A DNA stretch of 64,000 bases from assembly GCA_036172245.1 (NCBI GenBank), contig JAYWIR010000004.1:5704001-5768000 (forward strand). Reading direction: 5' to 3'. Every line of letters begins with the position of its first letter. The first letter of the stretch is position 1. This DNA is from Raillietiella orientalis. Taxonomy: Eukaryota. A program made the position numbers and the translations under genes. The notes below the pieces were generated by a model. That model worked only from the letters and a program-made list of their open reading frames with translations, made no database searches and was not told where the DNA came from. This document shows, one piece after another, positions 26,901-40,777 of the stretch.

Positions 26901-29900
26901 TCCCTGGCGTCTGCCTCAACCTGAGTGGATCCCTCGCCCCCTCCTCCTCCCCGTTTCCCGGTTTGCTTGTGGGCCCATCGCGGTCCGTTAGTCTGGCGTT
27001 TCCTTCGGCCTGCAGTTGCAGGCTAGAGAGCGATGCAGACGCCCGCTTCAGCGTTCCCCTGGGCTCGTTCACCAACCCGAAGGAAACTTCAGCGATCTCC
27101 TTTCTCTTCCGCCGAAAAGGGGCGATCCAGAAAGAAGGTGCGACACACACCCTCTGATCTTCCGTGCTGCCTGCAGAACTCTCCTATCTCATTCCCGTTT
27201 TTTTTTCCGACCCTGGTCTTCACCTCTCCTTTCGTCTGCTGCGCATCCCTCCCTTCAGTGGAATCACCACCTTTTCATCATTCCCTTCTCTTACTCCTGG
27301 ATTCGCTTGATCTTAGCGACGAGGCTGATTAACTCTTTGCAAATTTATAAAGGTATTAATGATCGCATTGTTAACGCATTCATTAATTACGGTTAAGAAA
27401 ATGCTTTTTCTTCCCTAGATAGGCGTTTCTTCAGCATCTTCCTCAGCATAATGATCTTCCCCTTATTTTCCCATACAATGGTACACGTTTTTGTATGTAC
27501 TTTTGTTAGTCCGGAGAGATTTGCATACCTGTAATGAAAAGAAAGGTTTCTCTGAAAAGAGAGCCGACCGTGCGCTCGAAGCACTCTGATGAGGGTGGAA
27601 AAAAGCGCTGGAGCCGCATTGTTTCATCTGAGCGAACGCTCCGTCCTGGCGACTCTGCGGTAAGGCTGTTGATGATTAAAGATAAGGAATATCCTAAAGG
27701 AGGGAAGCTGGTAAAGCTCCCCTGCTTTTGCAAGAGCTTCGATTGGTTTCGCAGAGCACGCCGGCTGAGCAGCTAGGGCGCGGCTCGACGGCAAGTTTTC
27801 GAGCCCCACTTGAATTTTGACCCCCCTCCCCCTTTCCCCTTTCCCCGCCCTCGAGGCCAGCTGGAGGGATCGCGGGCGAATTTTCTAGAGATTCGTCCAC
27901 GCTGCCTTTTCCGGATTTTGATTCCCTGCGGTGATCTCGTTGTGCGGCGACCCTCTCACTCTCGGTACTGCTGGAGCTTTCCTTCGGAATCCAAACTGAG
28001 TCCTCCTCGATCGTTTCCCGTCTCCCTGAAAACGTGGCTCCTGAAATACGGAGCATCCCCAGCTGTCTTTGGGTGAGTTTTCGTGACCATCGGCTGGAGC
28101 ATGGGACCATGGCCAATTACAAAGACTTGTTGTCAGAGGAATTTCAAGGCTTCGTCAATGGCCACGCCTCACACACAACTTTTCGATTCGATTTCGGTTC
28201 GGTGCTCCTACCCCGTCCTCCTTCCGACGGATTGACGACTTCTGCAGCTGATTCTGCGTGGGTTTTGTTTATTTTTCGCCATCCCTCCATTCCGGGACAC
28301 GGGTGTTCCTACTGAACAATGGGAACCTCTAGAAGATGGTCGTCATCGCTACGCTAAGAGCACAACGTGTTCCATTCAACAGTTTCGAAAATTTACAGAC
28401 TCCGAAACATCTTATGCCCAAGGAAAGTGCCTGGCGAAGCCGCTGCCTTTATCGGCGACGATGGCTTTGAATTTTCTGAAGTCTCTGTTATTTGTAAGGC
28501 ACGAAGTCTTCCCCCAGCTGCGATCTCAACACAAAGAGTTCACTGAATGCGAGTAAATCGTTATAAATCGTGGAGATTCCGCAGCTTCCATTCGGAAGAA
28601 ATAGATAATAAATAACACAAGGACGAATGTTAGAGCAATTCATAAAGTGTAAAAATGGATGGACTTGGTACGGGATAATGTGCTGCGGCAATCCATTAAA
28701 CTGTGCGGGCTGTTGTTGTTGCTGAGCGGAACGAGAAAGAGGAAGCCATTTCAAAAACGCTCAACCTAAGGACAGGGAGGACGGGAAGATGATGAAATCA
28801 CAGTGCGGTGCATGTGTGGAGTGTTCCAGTGCTTACTTTCGCAAAAAACGAGTGGGGAGGAAAGGAAGTGCAGAGTGCAGCATCCACGTCGCCTACTGGA
28901 AGAAGGCCTTTGTGGAAGCTGCCGAGGGAAAAGCTGAAACCGAAGGCTTCGCTGGGATGGAAGCCCTCATTCGGACGTGAGGCGCCGCGTTCGAAATCCC
29001 GAAAAAACTGAAATGCAGCGGCACACACAATGCACAGGAAATTTTCTTCGCAGATAACAGAAACAAACAAGCCATTCCCTTGTTCTGGTGATCGGAGCTG
29101 GAGATAAACGGTCAGATCGGCGCATTAGAGGAAAAGTTCGAAGAGAACAAAAGCCGGGAGTGTCATACTAAACGGGCGGGGAAAAAGAGGAAAAGAAAAA
29201 CACCAAATGAAACGCCATTCGATTCGGTGATAGTAAAAAGAATGACGCGTAGGAAAATCTTCGACGAGACGAAATATTCGGTGCCTTGCTGCTTCTTAAA
29301 AAGATGCTTCGACACTAAGATAAAACCGCCTAGTGAGAACGGAGCACTTCACCTACCACTCAAAGCAATCTGAGGTTTGGATAACTTCTCGCGATCGTGG
29401 CTATTTATATCCGTACTCTGAAGCATCGTTTTTCCTGCTTTTAAAACACGGAAAGATCATTTCCTTGCGTGTTCGAGTGCTCGGAGATAAAAGGATATTT
29501 TGCATTTGAGTCAGAGGCTTTCGTATTATTGCATCCTCACTCGGTGAAACCAGAAGAAATTCTCAAAGGGGGAGGGGCGAGGAACGTGTGATGAAAGAAA
29601 GTCGAGATTATACAGGCACAGTCATCCGGAAGCAAGCTGTCGGGTAGGATCGAAATGCCTGGAAATACTGAATGATGTCCCCAAATTAACCAGAATTCCC
29701 ACAGAGGGGAGCACGTGCTGCCCTCGTCATCAGAAGCGTGCCCAAATCACGGTGGGCAAACGAGCTCAGCACCGCGCGCTGAAGGATTGACCTTTTTTTC
29801 CTTTTCTTCCTCTTGCTTAAAAGAGAAAAAGTGCCTTCGACGCTTCAGGTGGCGTCTCGAAAAGCGTCTTGGCTCGCGCGACACGAAAACGCAACCACCG

Positions 29901-32900
29901 CCGCTGGCCAACTGAGAATACGGCAGAAATTGGGTAGCTTTTCTTGAAGGGGTACGAAAGAAATCCGTCTTCCATGAGCAGCTTATATTCTGCACTATTA
30001 AAAACAGCTTTTTTTTTTTTTTTTTGTTGTTGTTGTTGAAAAAAAGAAAAGGATGTAGGAACTGCTGAAATGGAAAGGATCCACTATAAAGCACCAAATT
30101 GGTTTAAGTAGGGAACGTCATTCCCCGTGCAAAAATGACTAGGTACACCTCTCAAGAGATACCAGAGTTTGGAAATTATTAAGGATATTACCTTCCACTT
30201 CTGGGGATCTTTCCGTGAGTACAAATACTAAATGAGGATAGACACGTGCGAGATACACATTATCGTTCCCTTAAAACGGCGATTCTGGTTGAATTCCGCA
30301 TCAGAAGAAAATGCAAGCAATCTGGATTGTCATCCATAACGCTCAGACGAGTTGAATGTATTAATCTAGTTACTGTGGAAATGCTTTCCGACGGAGCACT
30401 GGTGTTCCATCTTATTCGTACCTCACTATATCATTTCCAGTAAATCTCTACTTTTGAACCATTTGTATTTGTTAACATAGAACATGTCTAAAATTCAATT
30501 ATCTTCTGCTAGGAACTATTCCCAAGATCCCAGAATAAATATACAGTTATTCTGAATAATGGAAAGTCATAGCCCTTACATAATCAAATATTAAGTTTCA
30601 GGAATTACTGGAATCCACAAATTTATGATCTGGAAGAAGTCCTCAAAAATTTTAAATGAATCACGAGCGTGTTGTATACGGAAACCCGAGCGTATATGGA
30701 ACGAGAATCGAAAGCAATCTTCTAAAAAGGAGCGCTGGCTCGTAGTGACCCGTTTCATAAAACGCAAGAAGGCTCCAACATAACAGAAAAGGTACATGGA
30801 GGCTGGATTTCGTTCACCCCTCAGTAAGCATTGGCTCGTCTTCCGAAATACTCTTCAGGAACTCCAAAGTGAATGATTCATGCGGATTTATGTGCCTTGA
30901 AATAATCAGCTGGAACTTTCAAAAGAATTCTCTTCGAAGAACTGACTGGCGCCTTTTTTCAATCTTTGACGTCTCACAGAGCTGAGGTGGCACCTGAAGG
31001 AGAACTGGACTATCTCAGTATTGAACTGCCTGAATGGATGGAAGGTTTCAAAGCTGAGACAATGAGGCAAGGTACATTTTCGCATCAGGCAATGCCGTGA
31101 AAAATACGATTACTCTGCCTACAAGGCATTTTCCAAATTTTCAAAGACGCATCTGTCGGCAATTACCAGAATGGAAAGCCATCCGTGAAAGTTGACCCTT
31201 CATTCCGATGAAATCCTGGACACCATATGCATGGGCCTATACACGAACTTCAGCTGCTATTGCAAAGCAAGTCTTGTTACATAGCGGCTCATTTTATGTA
31301 CCAGCTTCGGAAAATTCTATTTCAAATCTCCAATCAAGACACTTTATTTCAGCCAAGCAGTATTTGCTTTACATGGATGTATGAGGGAGTAGATGATCAG
31401 ACAACCAAAGCGATGCTTTTACAAAAGTGCAATGCTAGCGATACTATTCTAAACCACAGTAACCAATTAATCTGAGCTGTGGACCTGGTGAGCGGAAGGT
31501 GGTCTTCGGTTATTCTAATTCTAGGAAACTTAAAGGAGGGTTGGCATGATTGATTTCTCTCCCGGACGAATGTAGCTGGGAAAAGGTCTGGCACATAAAA
31601 AGAATGAAAGATCCATCATGGCTTCATCATTAAGTGCACATAAGCTTATCTCATAATTATTGCCGTGATTTTGGCTGACTGAAATATTACTGAAGGTGAT
31701 GGTTGTTAATCAAATAACACCAAACGAAGGAATAAATGCTTTCCTCCCTGTTGGGGTTCTGCTTATAATGCAGAAATAAAAAAATGGGGGGTAACTGAAA
31801 ATTGCATTGTGCTCCGAGACTTGCCCCTTGAAATGATATTAAAAAAAACGATCCAGTGTTCCTTGAAAGTTCTGCGTTGCCGTTTACAAAATCCGAAAAG
31901 ACTCCGGAAGAATCTGATTTAACTCAACTTTTGGGGAGTCTAATTGTTTCCAGCAGCTACTTGACTTGTCACAGCTCTTCGTATGTGTTGAATTATCTCT
32001 CTCCCGTAGCATTCTCATTACATCACGAGTGATGCTTGGTACATTTTCAGGATTTCGAGATGGAGTAATTTCATCAGCTTCAGAACCGCTCCACACCGGG
32101 CTGAAGATGAGGAAGAAGAAAAAATGACAAAGGGTAACAATTAGGGAATCACTGAGGGAGGAATTCTCTGATCATGATTTCACAAGTCGAAATAGAACAT
32201 GGATGATTTATCTCACACGAGCATCATTCCAGACACTGAAAAATGGGGTTCATACAAACTGGCTAGAAATCCTCCAGAAATAGGAAAAATCAAACCTCTT
32301 CCAAATATAAAGCGTGTTTTGAAATCACCGTGTTTTTTCTTTTTCTTTCTTTCTTTCTTTTTTAAAAAAAAATCTTGAGGGTTTCCTCTTCATGCTAAGC
32401 TGGATATTCATTTTCGTCAGATTTGATGGCTTCTGTCGAAGCCTTCAGGGATGAGATCAGTCACATCTCAGCCTCCTGGAGAAGAAATGAAGTGTCGAAT
32501 AAAGTCAAGAACAGCTGCATAAGGTGGCTCAGCAGCCATTTAGTAAGAGGCGAAAGAAATAGTTGCTTAGAGCGGGAGCCCGAATGGATTTAGTGGATTC
32601 TGGATTCCCCGAACGAAATGTCGCTGTGTAAGCCTCGCCGAGCTGAAAACTTTAATAATAATAAAAGTAGTAATGCTTCTGACCGGCTTGATTAATTTGA
32701 CATGGTCGAATCACAAGGAATGAACTGAAACAAAAACATCATCCCAAGCACCATCCCATCCCATCATTGAAGTCATCAAAAACTGAGATAGCAATCAGAT
32801 AAATAAAGCAAAGAATTTCGGCAGAATCTTAGAATTCTAGGAGCAAGCGTTTATTCTTAACAGGGCTGCAACGGCAGGAAAAATTTCAGAGAATATCGCA

Positions 32901-33478
32901 CTGGAGAATAAGAAATAAAAAATCACCTTCTACTCGAATTCTGAAGATGCAGAGTTGCGCTGGAATGACTGACCGAAAATGTAATGCATGGGCCGATTGT
33001 AACTAAATAGCACATGTGTGATCTGCGTATCCTGTCAATCATATTGCGGCGATCGGACGGCCATTTTTTTTTTCCTTCCCTTATAAGGACGATCAAAGCA
33101 TTGTCTTTCTTTGCCGCATTTTCCCTTTTTTCGAACGCGGTCTGAACGAGACGTGTGCAAAGTCTTGCGCAGTCGTTCATTTATTTAAACTGTTGGGCAA
33201 TAGTTTTTGCAAAAACACTGGCCTCTTCGCCCGGTGAAAAAGACTTTTCTTGTAGCATCCGACCATGAAAAAGAAGTCGTAAAATTTCTTGGAATAACAA
33301 GTTTGCCAAACTTCGCGGCAGTATCGAACAGAAAAGCAGAACATCACTTATTGTGTTTCGGTCAAGAGCTATGGCTGGTACATCACAAGAAACATAAAAC
33401 AGAAATAAAATATTCTTAATACACGGAAGGTTCTTCTCAACACTTTTCCCTCAAATTATGAAGGTAGAAATGGATTCC

Positions 33479-33509
33479 CAAGAGCGTGGCATGAGATGCC
33501 ACGCTCTTG
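33479..33509. repeat. perfect 14-bp inverted repeat with 3-nt loop
   Basis: CAAGAGCGTGGCAT-GAG-ATGCCACGCTCTTG. Confidence 0.95.
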
Positions 33510-33608
33510 ATGCTACTACCCCCAGATACTATATCACCTTCTTTTAGCATGTTTTCCTAGTGAAGATAGATATAAGCTACTTTGATTATTTTTTCCCCAG
33601 TGAGGAGG

Positions 33609-33659
33609 AGATAGAATTTAATCCCAAGTAAGGAGAGTAGATAGATTTTAATCCCAAGT
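33609..33659 (+). repeat. 30-bp-period tandem duplication
   Basis: AGATAGAATTTAATCCCAAGT (33609-33629) and AGATAGATTTTAATCCCAAGT (33639-33659). Confidence 0.85.
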
Positions 33660-36600
33660 CAAGTGCATTAAGAAGATTGGTACAATTTCGTAATAAGCTT
33701 CATTTTGAGGACATCGGTGGAAGAGAGATGAAGGCTTAGAAATGATCAATCAAATGTTGATTTTGTTTTACTAGCATTGGATGTTCAGATTTGTTTATTC
33801 AGTCTTTTTATTCATCTCCAGTATTCCGAGTCTTGAGCGTGTGTCAAAAAATTGGTGTTTCGTCTAGAAGCTATCCATTGACTAAGATCATTTTGCTTTC
33901 CCTAGATTCAATTACATAATGTGAAGTCTCCAGACCTACATCATTTGCAATACCACACTCACCTTCCTTCTGATAATGAACCTAAAAACGAATGGCAGAT
34001 GCTCTAAAAAATTTCAGCTTTCAAAAGACTACGTGACGATGCTCAATCTTTTGTTTGTTCAGATGAAGGAGGAGGAGCGCTCAGTCACAGAGGTCATCAT
34101 ACAGAGTTTTTATGCCGGACCAACTGTTGCAAAGATGTCTCATTTTCAAGATGCGAACTACAGAAGAATTGTCAACTGAGGCCGCTTGAGGAAAGAATTT
34201 GGCAACGGAGAAACGTTTTAATAGACAGAGACACAGAGAGACAATATTAGCGTCTAAAGTTGGAGAAAGCGGAATTCTTCACTCTCCAGCAAGTGGATTC
34301 CTCGAAAAAAAAAAAAAACGTTTGAATTATCTGTTTATTTGTGTCAGCAAATCATCTTTGAATCAGCAAATCTAAAGCCAGCAAACGAAATCCAGATTGC
34401 CATCGCCAACTCTATGCCGAAGGTCGAAATATAGGAAGGTTCTCCTACTACACATACTTTGTGTAGATTTCTTCCAAAGAGCTCATAATAATAATGGAAT
34501 TGGGAGAAGTGTACTACGATCTTGACACCTCTAGTCAAGTTCCTAGTAACAGCAACTTATGTAGATGCAATTATTGTATAGATGTAACTATTCCAAATTT
34601 TATAGCACAATAAAAAACCTAAAAAATTTTTTCTCATGGACTGCACTTTATTTTTTTTTTACAGTAAATTCATCCTGTAAGTGAATCCATTTTTGGACGT
34701 GCACTTTATCTTTGTATGCAATAGCAGTCGTTCGCTAACAACAACAGCTCAATAGAGATTCTACCTCGAATCTGTATTCTATCACCTTAACATTTGAAAC
34801 ACCCAAGTTCTTGAAAGTAGTAGATAGGAAGCTGGAAAGCGAACTTTGCTGGCGGCGAAGTGATCTCCTTCAGTAGCCCAGAACGGCAAGCAGCAGGAAG
34901 AAGTGACCACATCCCGTTCTTGAGTTACAGGACAAGTTAAATGAAGGTCTGTCGCTCAACATCATTGAAATCTTACATGTCTAATGAGCAGCCCGTTTCT
35001 GAGTGAGACAGTCTCAAGATCGCAACGATCTCACGAGTTTACAGTTTTCTGACATTGCAACAAACATGCACTGCTGCTTCCAAAGAAATAAAAAGATGGC
35101 AAACGATTTCGGACCCGCGATTCTATATGAACAGGAAAAAAACCACTTTATTCTCCTTTTGTTTCGCTTTTCATTTTCTGATCTGAGGAGATATTGATCA
35201 ATGCCATTGCTTCATCCCGAATCTACAAAACAAAAATGTCTAGCAATTCGAGGATTTCCCTTTTGAATTTTGATTCTCAGAAAGTTTCCGCTCCAAGGGA
35301 CAGTTATTGATGCCATCACTGATAAACTATTCATTTTTCTTCACCTCTTGCTTTCATTATTTCTCATGACATATTTCCTGCCAATGCAAGGAATAACTAA
35401 ACGCGAAACAAATTAATGTGACTCATCACCAGGAAAGTGATTAAACGACTTCGACAAAAGATGAAACAAAAACTCGCAAAAGGTAGATGCAAGGAAGAAC
35501 CAGAAGCCTGCAGCACACATAGCGGACCAACGGGATTTTAGAGTAATTAAAGCCATAGCATCTGGAGGAAATATGAGAATTGACGGAATCGAACCCTCGA
35601 AGAGCTGTTCTGAACTCTCTCTGCATGCCCAGAGTCTGCTCTTGGGAAATTATCGCTGATTTTTCCTTTTCGTTTTTTCCCTTGGACTTCCGTTTTCCGT
35701 TGGAAGAGTCACCGGCTGTTTTCTTGTACTTTTTTCTTTATTCTCAGGAGGTTTTCTGTTTAAATCAGAGTTTACGTCATTTCTTCAAACTACACAAAGA
35801 GGTTGACAAATGATTTCAGAGGTACTTCCTGGAATGGCAGCAGTTTCAAAATCCTCACTTGCAAAGACGTGGAGAACAAGAGATTGAATGCAATCCGTCA
35901 CAAATCCATGGGACCACACATGCAAGTGATCAGAGGTTTTAAACATTAGGGAAATGAAAGATTTATCGTCAAGATCAATTTTATGGGCAGGTAAATGAAT
36001 CCCAGGAATGAAGAAAAGCGCTGATACTTCCTTCAATCACACTTAGTGAAAAGAATGGTTACGGTGGAGTAGTGAACAAATAAACCAACTCCAGCATCAT
36101 ATTCTCCATAAAAGATGATACCAAATGCGTGGAGTAAATCGTCCTACAGAGAATAAATTAAACCCGAGCTGCAGCGAAAGGGGCTGGTGCACGAATGCCT
36201 CTGGAAACTGATTCGATAAAACGCAGGCGGCTAGCGTGGACTGTTCTGCACACAAGTAAAGTGATTGCAAGAGTAAACGTCTTCTGGAACAGATTGTAGC
36301 AACTCTGTTCCAAAGATGAAAAAAAAAAAAAGACGAACCAAACGCAAAGTATTCATCTTGTGTGAAATTAACCAATGCAATGAAGGTGCTTCGACATAAG
36401 AAAGTTCAAGGAAAGCTGAATTTATCCAAAATTACCACTGCATAATCAGATTCACTGTCATTCATTGAATATAGAAAGGAAGGAAGCTCCGAATTCAGAA
36501 ACTGAGGTTGGTAAAAAAAAAAAAAAAAAAAAAAATGCCTTTAAAAAGCTGATTCCTGTTTATTATTTTCATATACTAAATTCTAAAACGATTCAGAGAA

Positions 36601-39287
36601 AATACTTAATGACGACCTTGAAGGCAGGTGAACAAGTATTGCGACTGCTCCAGCTGAAAATACAAGCGAAAAGAAATAAAAAACGGAAAAAGTACTAGAA
36701 CATGGGTGAGTGCAACCCTGAACGATGCTAGTAGATTGCTTTTTTGTTTTCCTTAGTAGGCAGGACACGAAGCATATTTCTGAGATTAGCTTAGATTCGT
36801 GCTTCTTCTAAGTAAATCTGAAATTCGAGGCTTATTTGATACTTATGTTCTAGCGATGCTGAAAAGAAGTTTCATAAGATCAATTATGGTGATAAGACCA
36901 GAAAGCACAGCAGCTCAAATTCCGCAGCGAAACCGTGGTAGCTATGCCTAATCATGAAGACATGGTATTTCCATCCAAAGATGCCTTGAATGCTTTCATA
37001 ACTTGCTTGCACGATATGAAGTTTAAACAAGTCTATTCAAGTTTTCTCATTCCCTATTCCACACTCTAATACCTTCTAAAGACTCGTTCCGAGATCAGCT
37101 CTTTCTGTTATGGAATGAGAATAACTTGTTGCTTTCTTGTCTTTCTAGCTCTCTACTCCTGAGAATTCTCTGGAGCAACATCTTTAACGGGTGCAATCAT
37201 TTCCTTAACCAACAGAAAAGTGAATTTGGTAATCAAGCACGAACGATTGCAGATACAATCTCCAGAAATGCAAAAGAACAAAAAGATAACTGAATCACGT
37301 GAACATTCGAAATTCTGGGTAAACCCACGTCTGTGTAGAAGCCAAGACATCACCTTTCGAGATCTGGGCGACAAATTTCATGACAGGACTTTGATATTTC
37401 CGTAAAGCAATTTCCAAGAGCCGTGACACCACAGCTTCGTTGGAGGGATTTTGCAGGTGCTTTCCAAAGTCAGCGAGGGATCTTTCAGAAAGAGGAAAAC
37501 CTCAGCCTGCAGCAGATATGCAGACTGAAAACGCAGAGAGCAATAGGCAGGTTGAATCAATATGAGGAGGTTTCATAAGAGCAAATGATGTGCTGGAGCC
37601 TGTTACATTGACAAAAAGGATACTTTGGTAAGGAGTGGATGAAGCAGGTTCCATCGGCCACCTAAGCGCTGCTCCCTCTACCTGCCCAAGACAGATTTGC
37701 TCACGTTCAAATAACAGCCGCCGTCTGATTGATTTTCATACAGTCATCCTCGAAAAATCTCAAGTAATAAAAAAGTTTGGAAAGATTTATGGGGGTGAAC
37801 GCAAAAACGGATTAGCACGAATCCATGAATACCGGTCATGAAACGAAATCATACGCATTTCACCGTTTGCTTTATCGGTTTTGGATCTGGAGATCATTCC
37901 ATCTCGTTCCAGTAAAATTTGATGGCTCCTTACGCTTTGTGATGGAAGCCAATGATTAGATCGAGAGTAATGCAAGTCCTTCGTGATAAAACGGTATAAA
38001 CCCTATTGATTTTGAAGGAATCACAGATAGTTGAATCCAACATCAGATGTGCATGTAAAACAAAATGAGCTAAGAGTAATCATGCAATGCCTTCATAGGG
38101 AAAGTAGGGATGCACTTAATTAACTGAGAAAGTTGACTTTAGGCCAACATTAAATAATCGAAACTGCTGCCAAATGAAGGGAGCATCAATTGGCTAAGGA
38201 TTACAAGGAATTCGTGTTAGAAACCAAACTGAAATGACTAAAAACGTCAAATTTTATTTTCTTTTTTTGGTGGAGGTAGAGGAAATTTAAACAAATGCAC
38301 GCGGCTCAGAGGAAGAATTTCAGAAATTTTGATCTTTTATTGGCATCACTCATTCAGATATTTTTTAAACTGCGCCTGGGTGTCCCAAACAATACATTCT
38401 ACTTAAAACCGAAAATTTCGGTTGTCTGGAATTCAGAAATTCAAAATGAGCTAGGGAATCGAAACGTGATACCAAATAACAATTTTAACACAAACAAAAC
38501 GTATCAAGATTATCCTTCTCCATTCGTACCAACCATATGTTTTCATGGTCTGTGCAAAACGCAAGCACCTGTTATTCAGAAATAAATGTAACATTTGGAA
38601 AAACTGTCCCCAGCTTCTTTCTTACTGGGTTGACAATCTGTTTTCCAATCACATTAGCTTCCTCAATTAGATAAACTGAAATAACGCGATGGTCTGCAGA
38701 CCAAATAATTACGTAATTCCTCTTTCGTTCGGCAGACAAATCGTAAAGATGATCACTTAAGTATAAACATCCGTTCTCATTTTTCTTGACTACATTTGGG
38801 AAACGAATAACTATTCTGATCTTTTAGGAGAAAGGTTAACGGTTTCATCATTTTAAAGCACAAAGTGCCACAACCAGTTCCGTGTTTCCTGAATTTATAC
38901 ATATTTTACACCACTGCTTGAACTCCTACCTCTATACATGTTCAAAAAACAATCATCTCGTAACTACAATTCATTTGACCGCAAGATTTTCACTAAAGGT
39001 TATGATTCTAACGTGAATTTCGGCAGATTTTATCACCGAAATGATGCTATCTATCACTGCTTCAAGCTACAGAATGCTTGGCTTTTGCTTTCCCTAATTG
39101 TACTTTTGTAATGCTTCCGGTATTTGGAGCCCCTTGGTGCGTTTCCTTGGTATGCAATAAGAAAAAATAAAACTTTTTTAGAAACTATATGTACTGAAAT
39201 GGTACTCAATTACACTCAATTGGAACAGCAATAATGATTAAATATCTCTATGCACTTTGTGGTTATTGTCTCAGAAATAATCTGTTG

Positions 39288-40658
39288 CTAGCACAGTGTA
39301 GCAACCGCTCTAATAAGTTTCAGAATACAAAGCTGTGCTCCGAATTGCAACATCAATGCTCCAAATCCTTTATATAATCCTGCTTTCCCTTCTTCCAGTA
39401 CAATGGCGTCATAACAATCTACTAATCCCATGTATTGTGTAATAATTGGCACTACTTCTCGACCATTATCTAGATTATCAATGATAGTCCTTGTGCCTTG
39501 AAGATGCAATCTGCAATACACCAAAGAAAAAGATGAGTAAGTCTCAGAACTGCATACCTATTGATAATTGTCCGAAGAGGGTAAACAAGCACACTCGCTA
39601 TCATGTTGCCCCAAGATCTTGCCTGAAATCTATTTAGTAAGGAAGACATTTCTTGATTGCTCTGAAAAATGCCTTTGCTGAAAATTGCGATGACTCAAAT
39701 ACATCACCTGTGATGGCTTTTGATGTGAGTAATGATGCTGAAGTAGCACAATTATGTTGAAAACAACTACTTCTACCATAGATCGCACAACATAATGTAA
39801 TAAATGACCAGTTACAGTAGGTATAATTAGGGACCAAAATGGCAAAAGACGACTACTTTGAGAATGCGACCAATTCATTAATCGCAAAAATCCTTCCTGG
39901 AACACATCAAACATTGCTGGAGGCTCACTTGCTACAGAAGACTGTACTGTCTCCACCAAGCTTGCAGAATAAAATGGTGTGAGTACTGCAAATACTGTGC
40001 TGCAAATACAGTTCAAAAGATAAGATTACATAAGATTTTACCATTTGAGGAGCAAATGCTGCATCAGTTTTCGTCTTGAAAGGATACCATGAAGTTCTCT
40101 GAACAACGTAAAAAAAATTGCTGGTTTCTGCCAACTTACTTTGAACATGGAGTCACACGGCTCAGCAAGTCTTCCAGCCATAAAGCCAAGCTGTGTATAA
40201 CTAGACTGCTACTTAGTCCTTTGTAAAAGATGAAAAATCCCTGCCTGCGTTGCAAGTTGAACATGACTGGAAGCAATGTGCAAGGGAACAAATGATAAGA
40301 AGAGGCCATGTGATTTAATTGACATTGTCGGCTTAGTACTACAAATGGATGGCAGAGAATGTGTTCAGTACATAATTCTACAACATCTGCAGCCAAGGAC
40401 TCCAGCATTAGCTGCTTTTCTAGAAATTCACTAATAATTCGTTTCCGTCCCTCACTTCTTTCTACCTGGAAGCAATGGTGGGTGCTCTCCAATGAATGTT
40501 TCCCCATAATCTGTATGTAAGGAGGACCCTAGAAAACACTGTTTTTCTGGAAATCCAGGAATAGGTTTTTCGTTGTTCTTCATTCCTTTTTTTATCACCT
40601 GGAACTGAGGATGAGTGCTCTCTCGTCTTCTCCCTGTTATGAAACCCCAACTTGCCAT
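39288..40658 (-). CDS. SLC25A46: mitochondrial outer-membrane carrier-family protein SLC25A46 (Ugo1-like), 6 exons, ~382 aa
   Basis: Exons 40658-40466, 40419-40140, 40098-40042, 39999-39708, 39661-39558, 39510-39288 (1149 nt, frame consistent); GT-AG introns of 46, 41, 42, 46, 47 nt. Diagnostic SLC25A46 segments: [74 protein letters not shown]. Exon 1 and the start codon are less certain because the N-terminus is not conserved. Confidence 0.93.
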
Positions 40659-40703
40659 TGGATTCCTATCACATTATGCAACTCAGTTCTAATTAATATT
40701 CTG

Positions 40704-40741
40704 AAGAGGGGTCGCTTTCCTGTAGACACAGTTCCCCTCTT
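40704..40741. other. stem-loop in the GTPBP3-SLC25A46 spacer
   Basis: AAGAGGGG (40704-40711) is the reverse complement of CCCCTCTT (40734-40741); inner CTGT (40720-40723) pairs with ACAG (40728-40731). Confidence 0.5.
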
Positions 40742-40771
40742 AACTTTGAACTTCACATTTTAACATAATTT

Positions 40772-40777
40772 TTTATT
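40772..40777 (-). promoter_or_regulatory. candidate polyadenylation signal AATAAA overlapping the GTPBP3 Lys-stop codons
   Basis: Minus strand reads GGG AAA TAA AA at the end of GTPBP3; usage not demonstrated. Confidence 0.45.
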
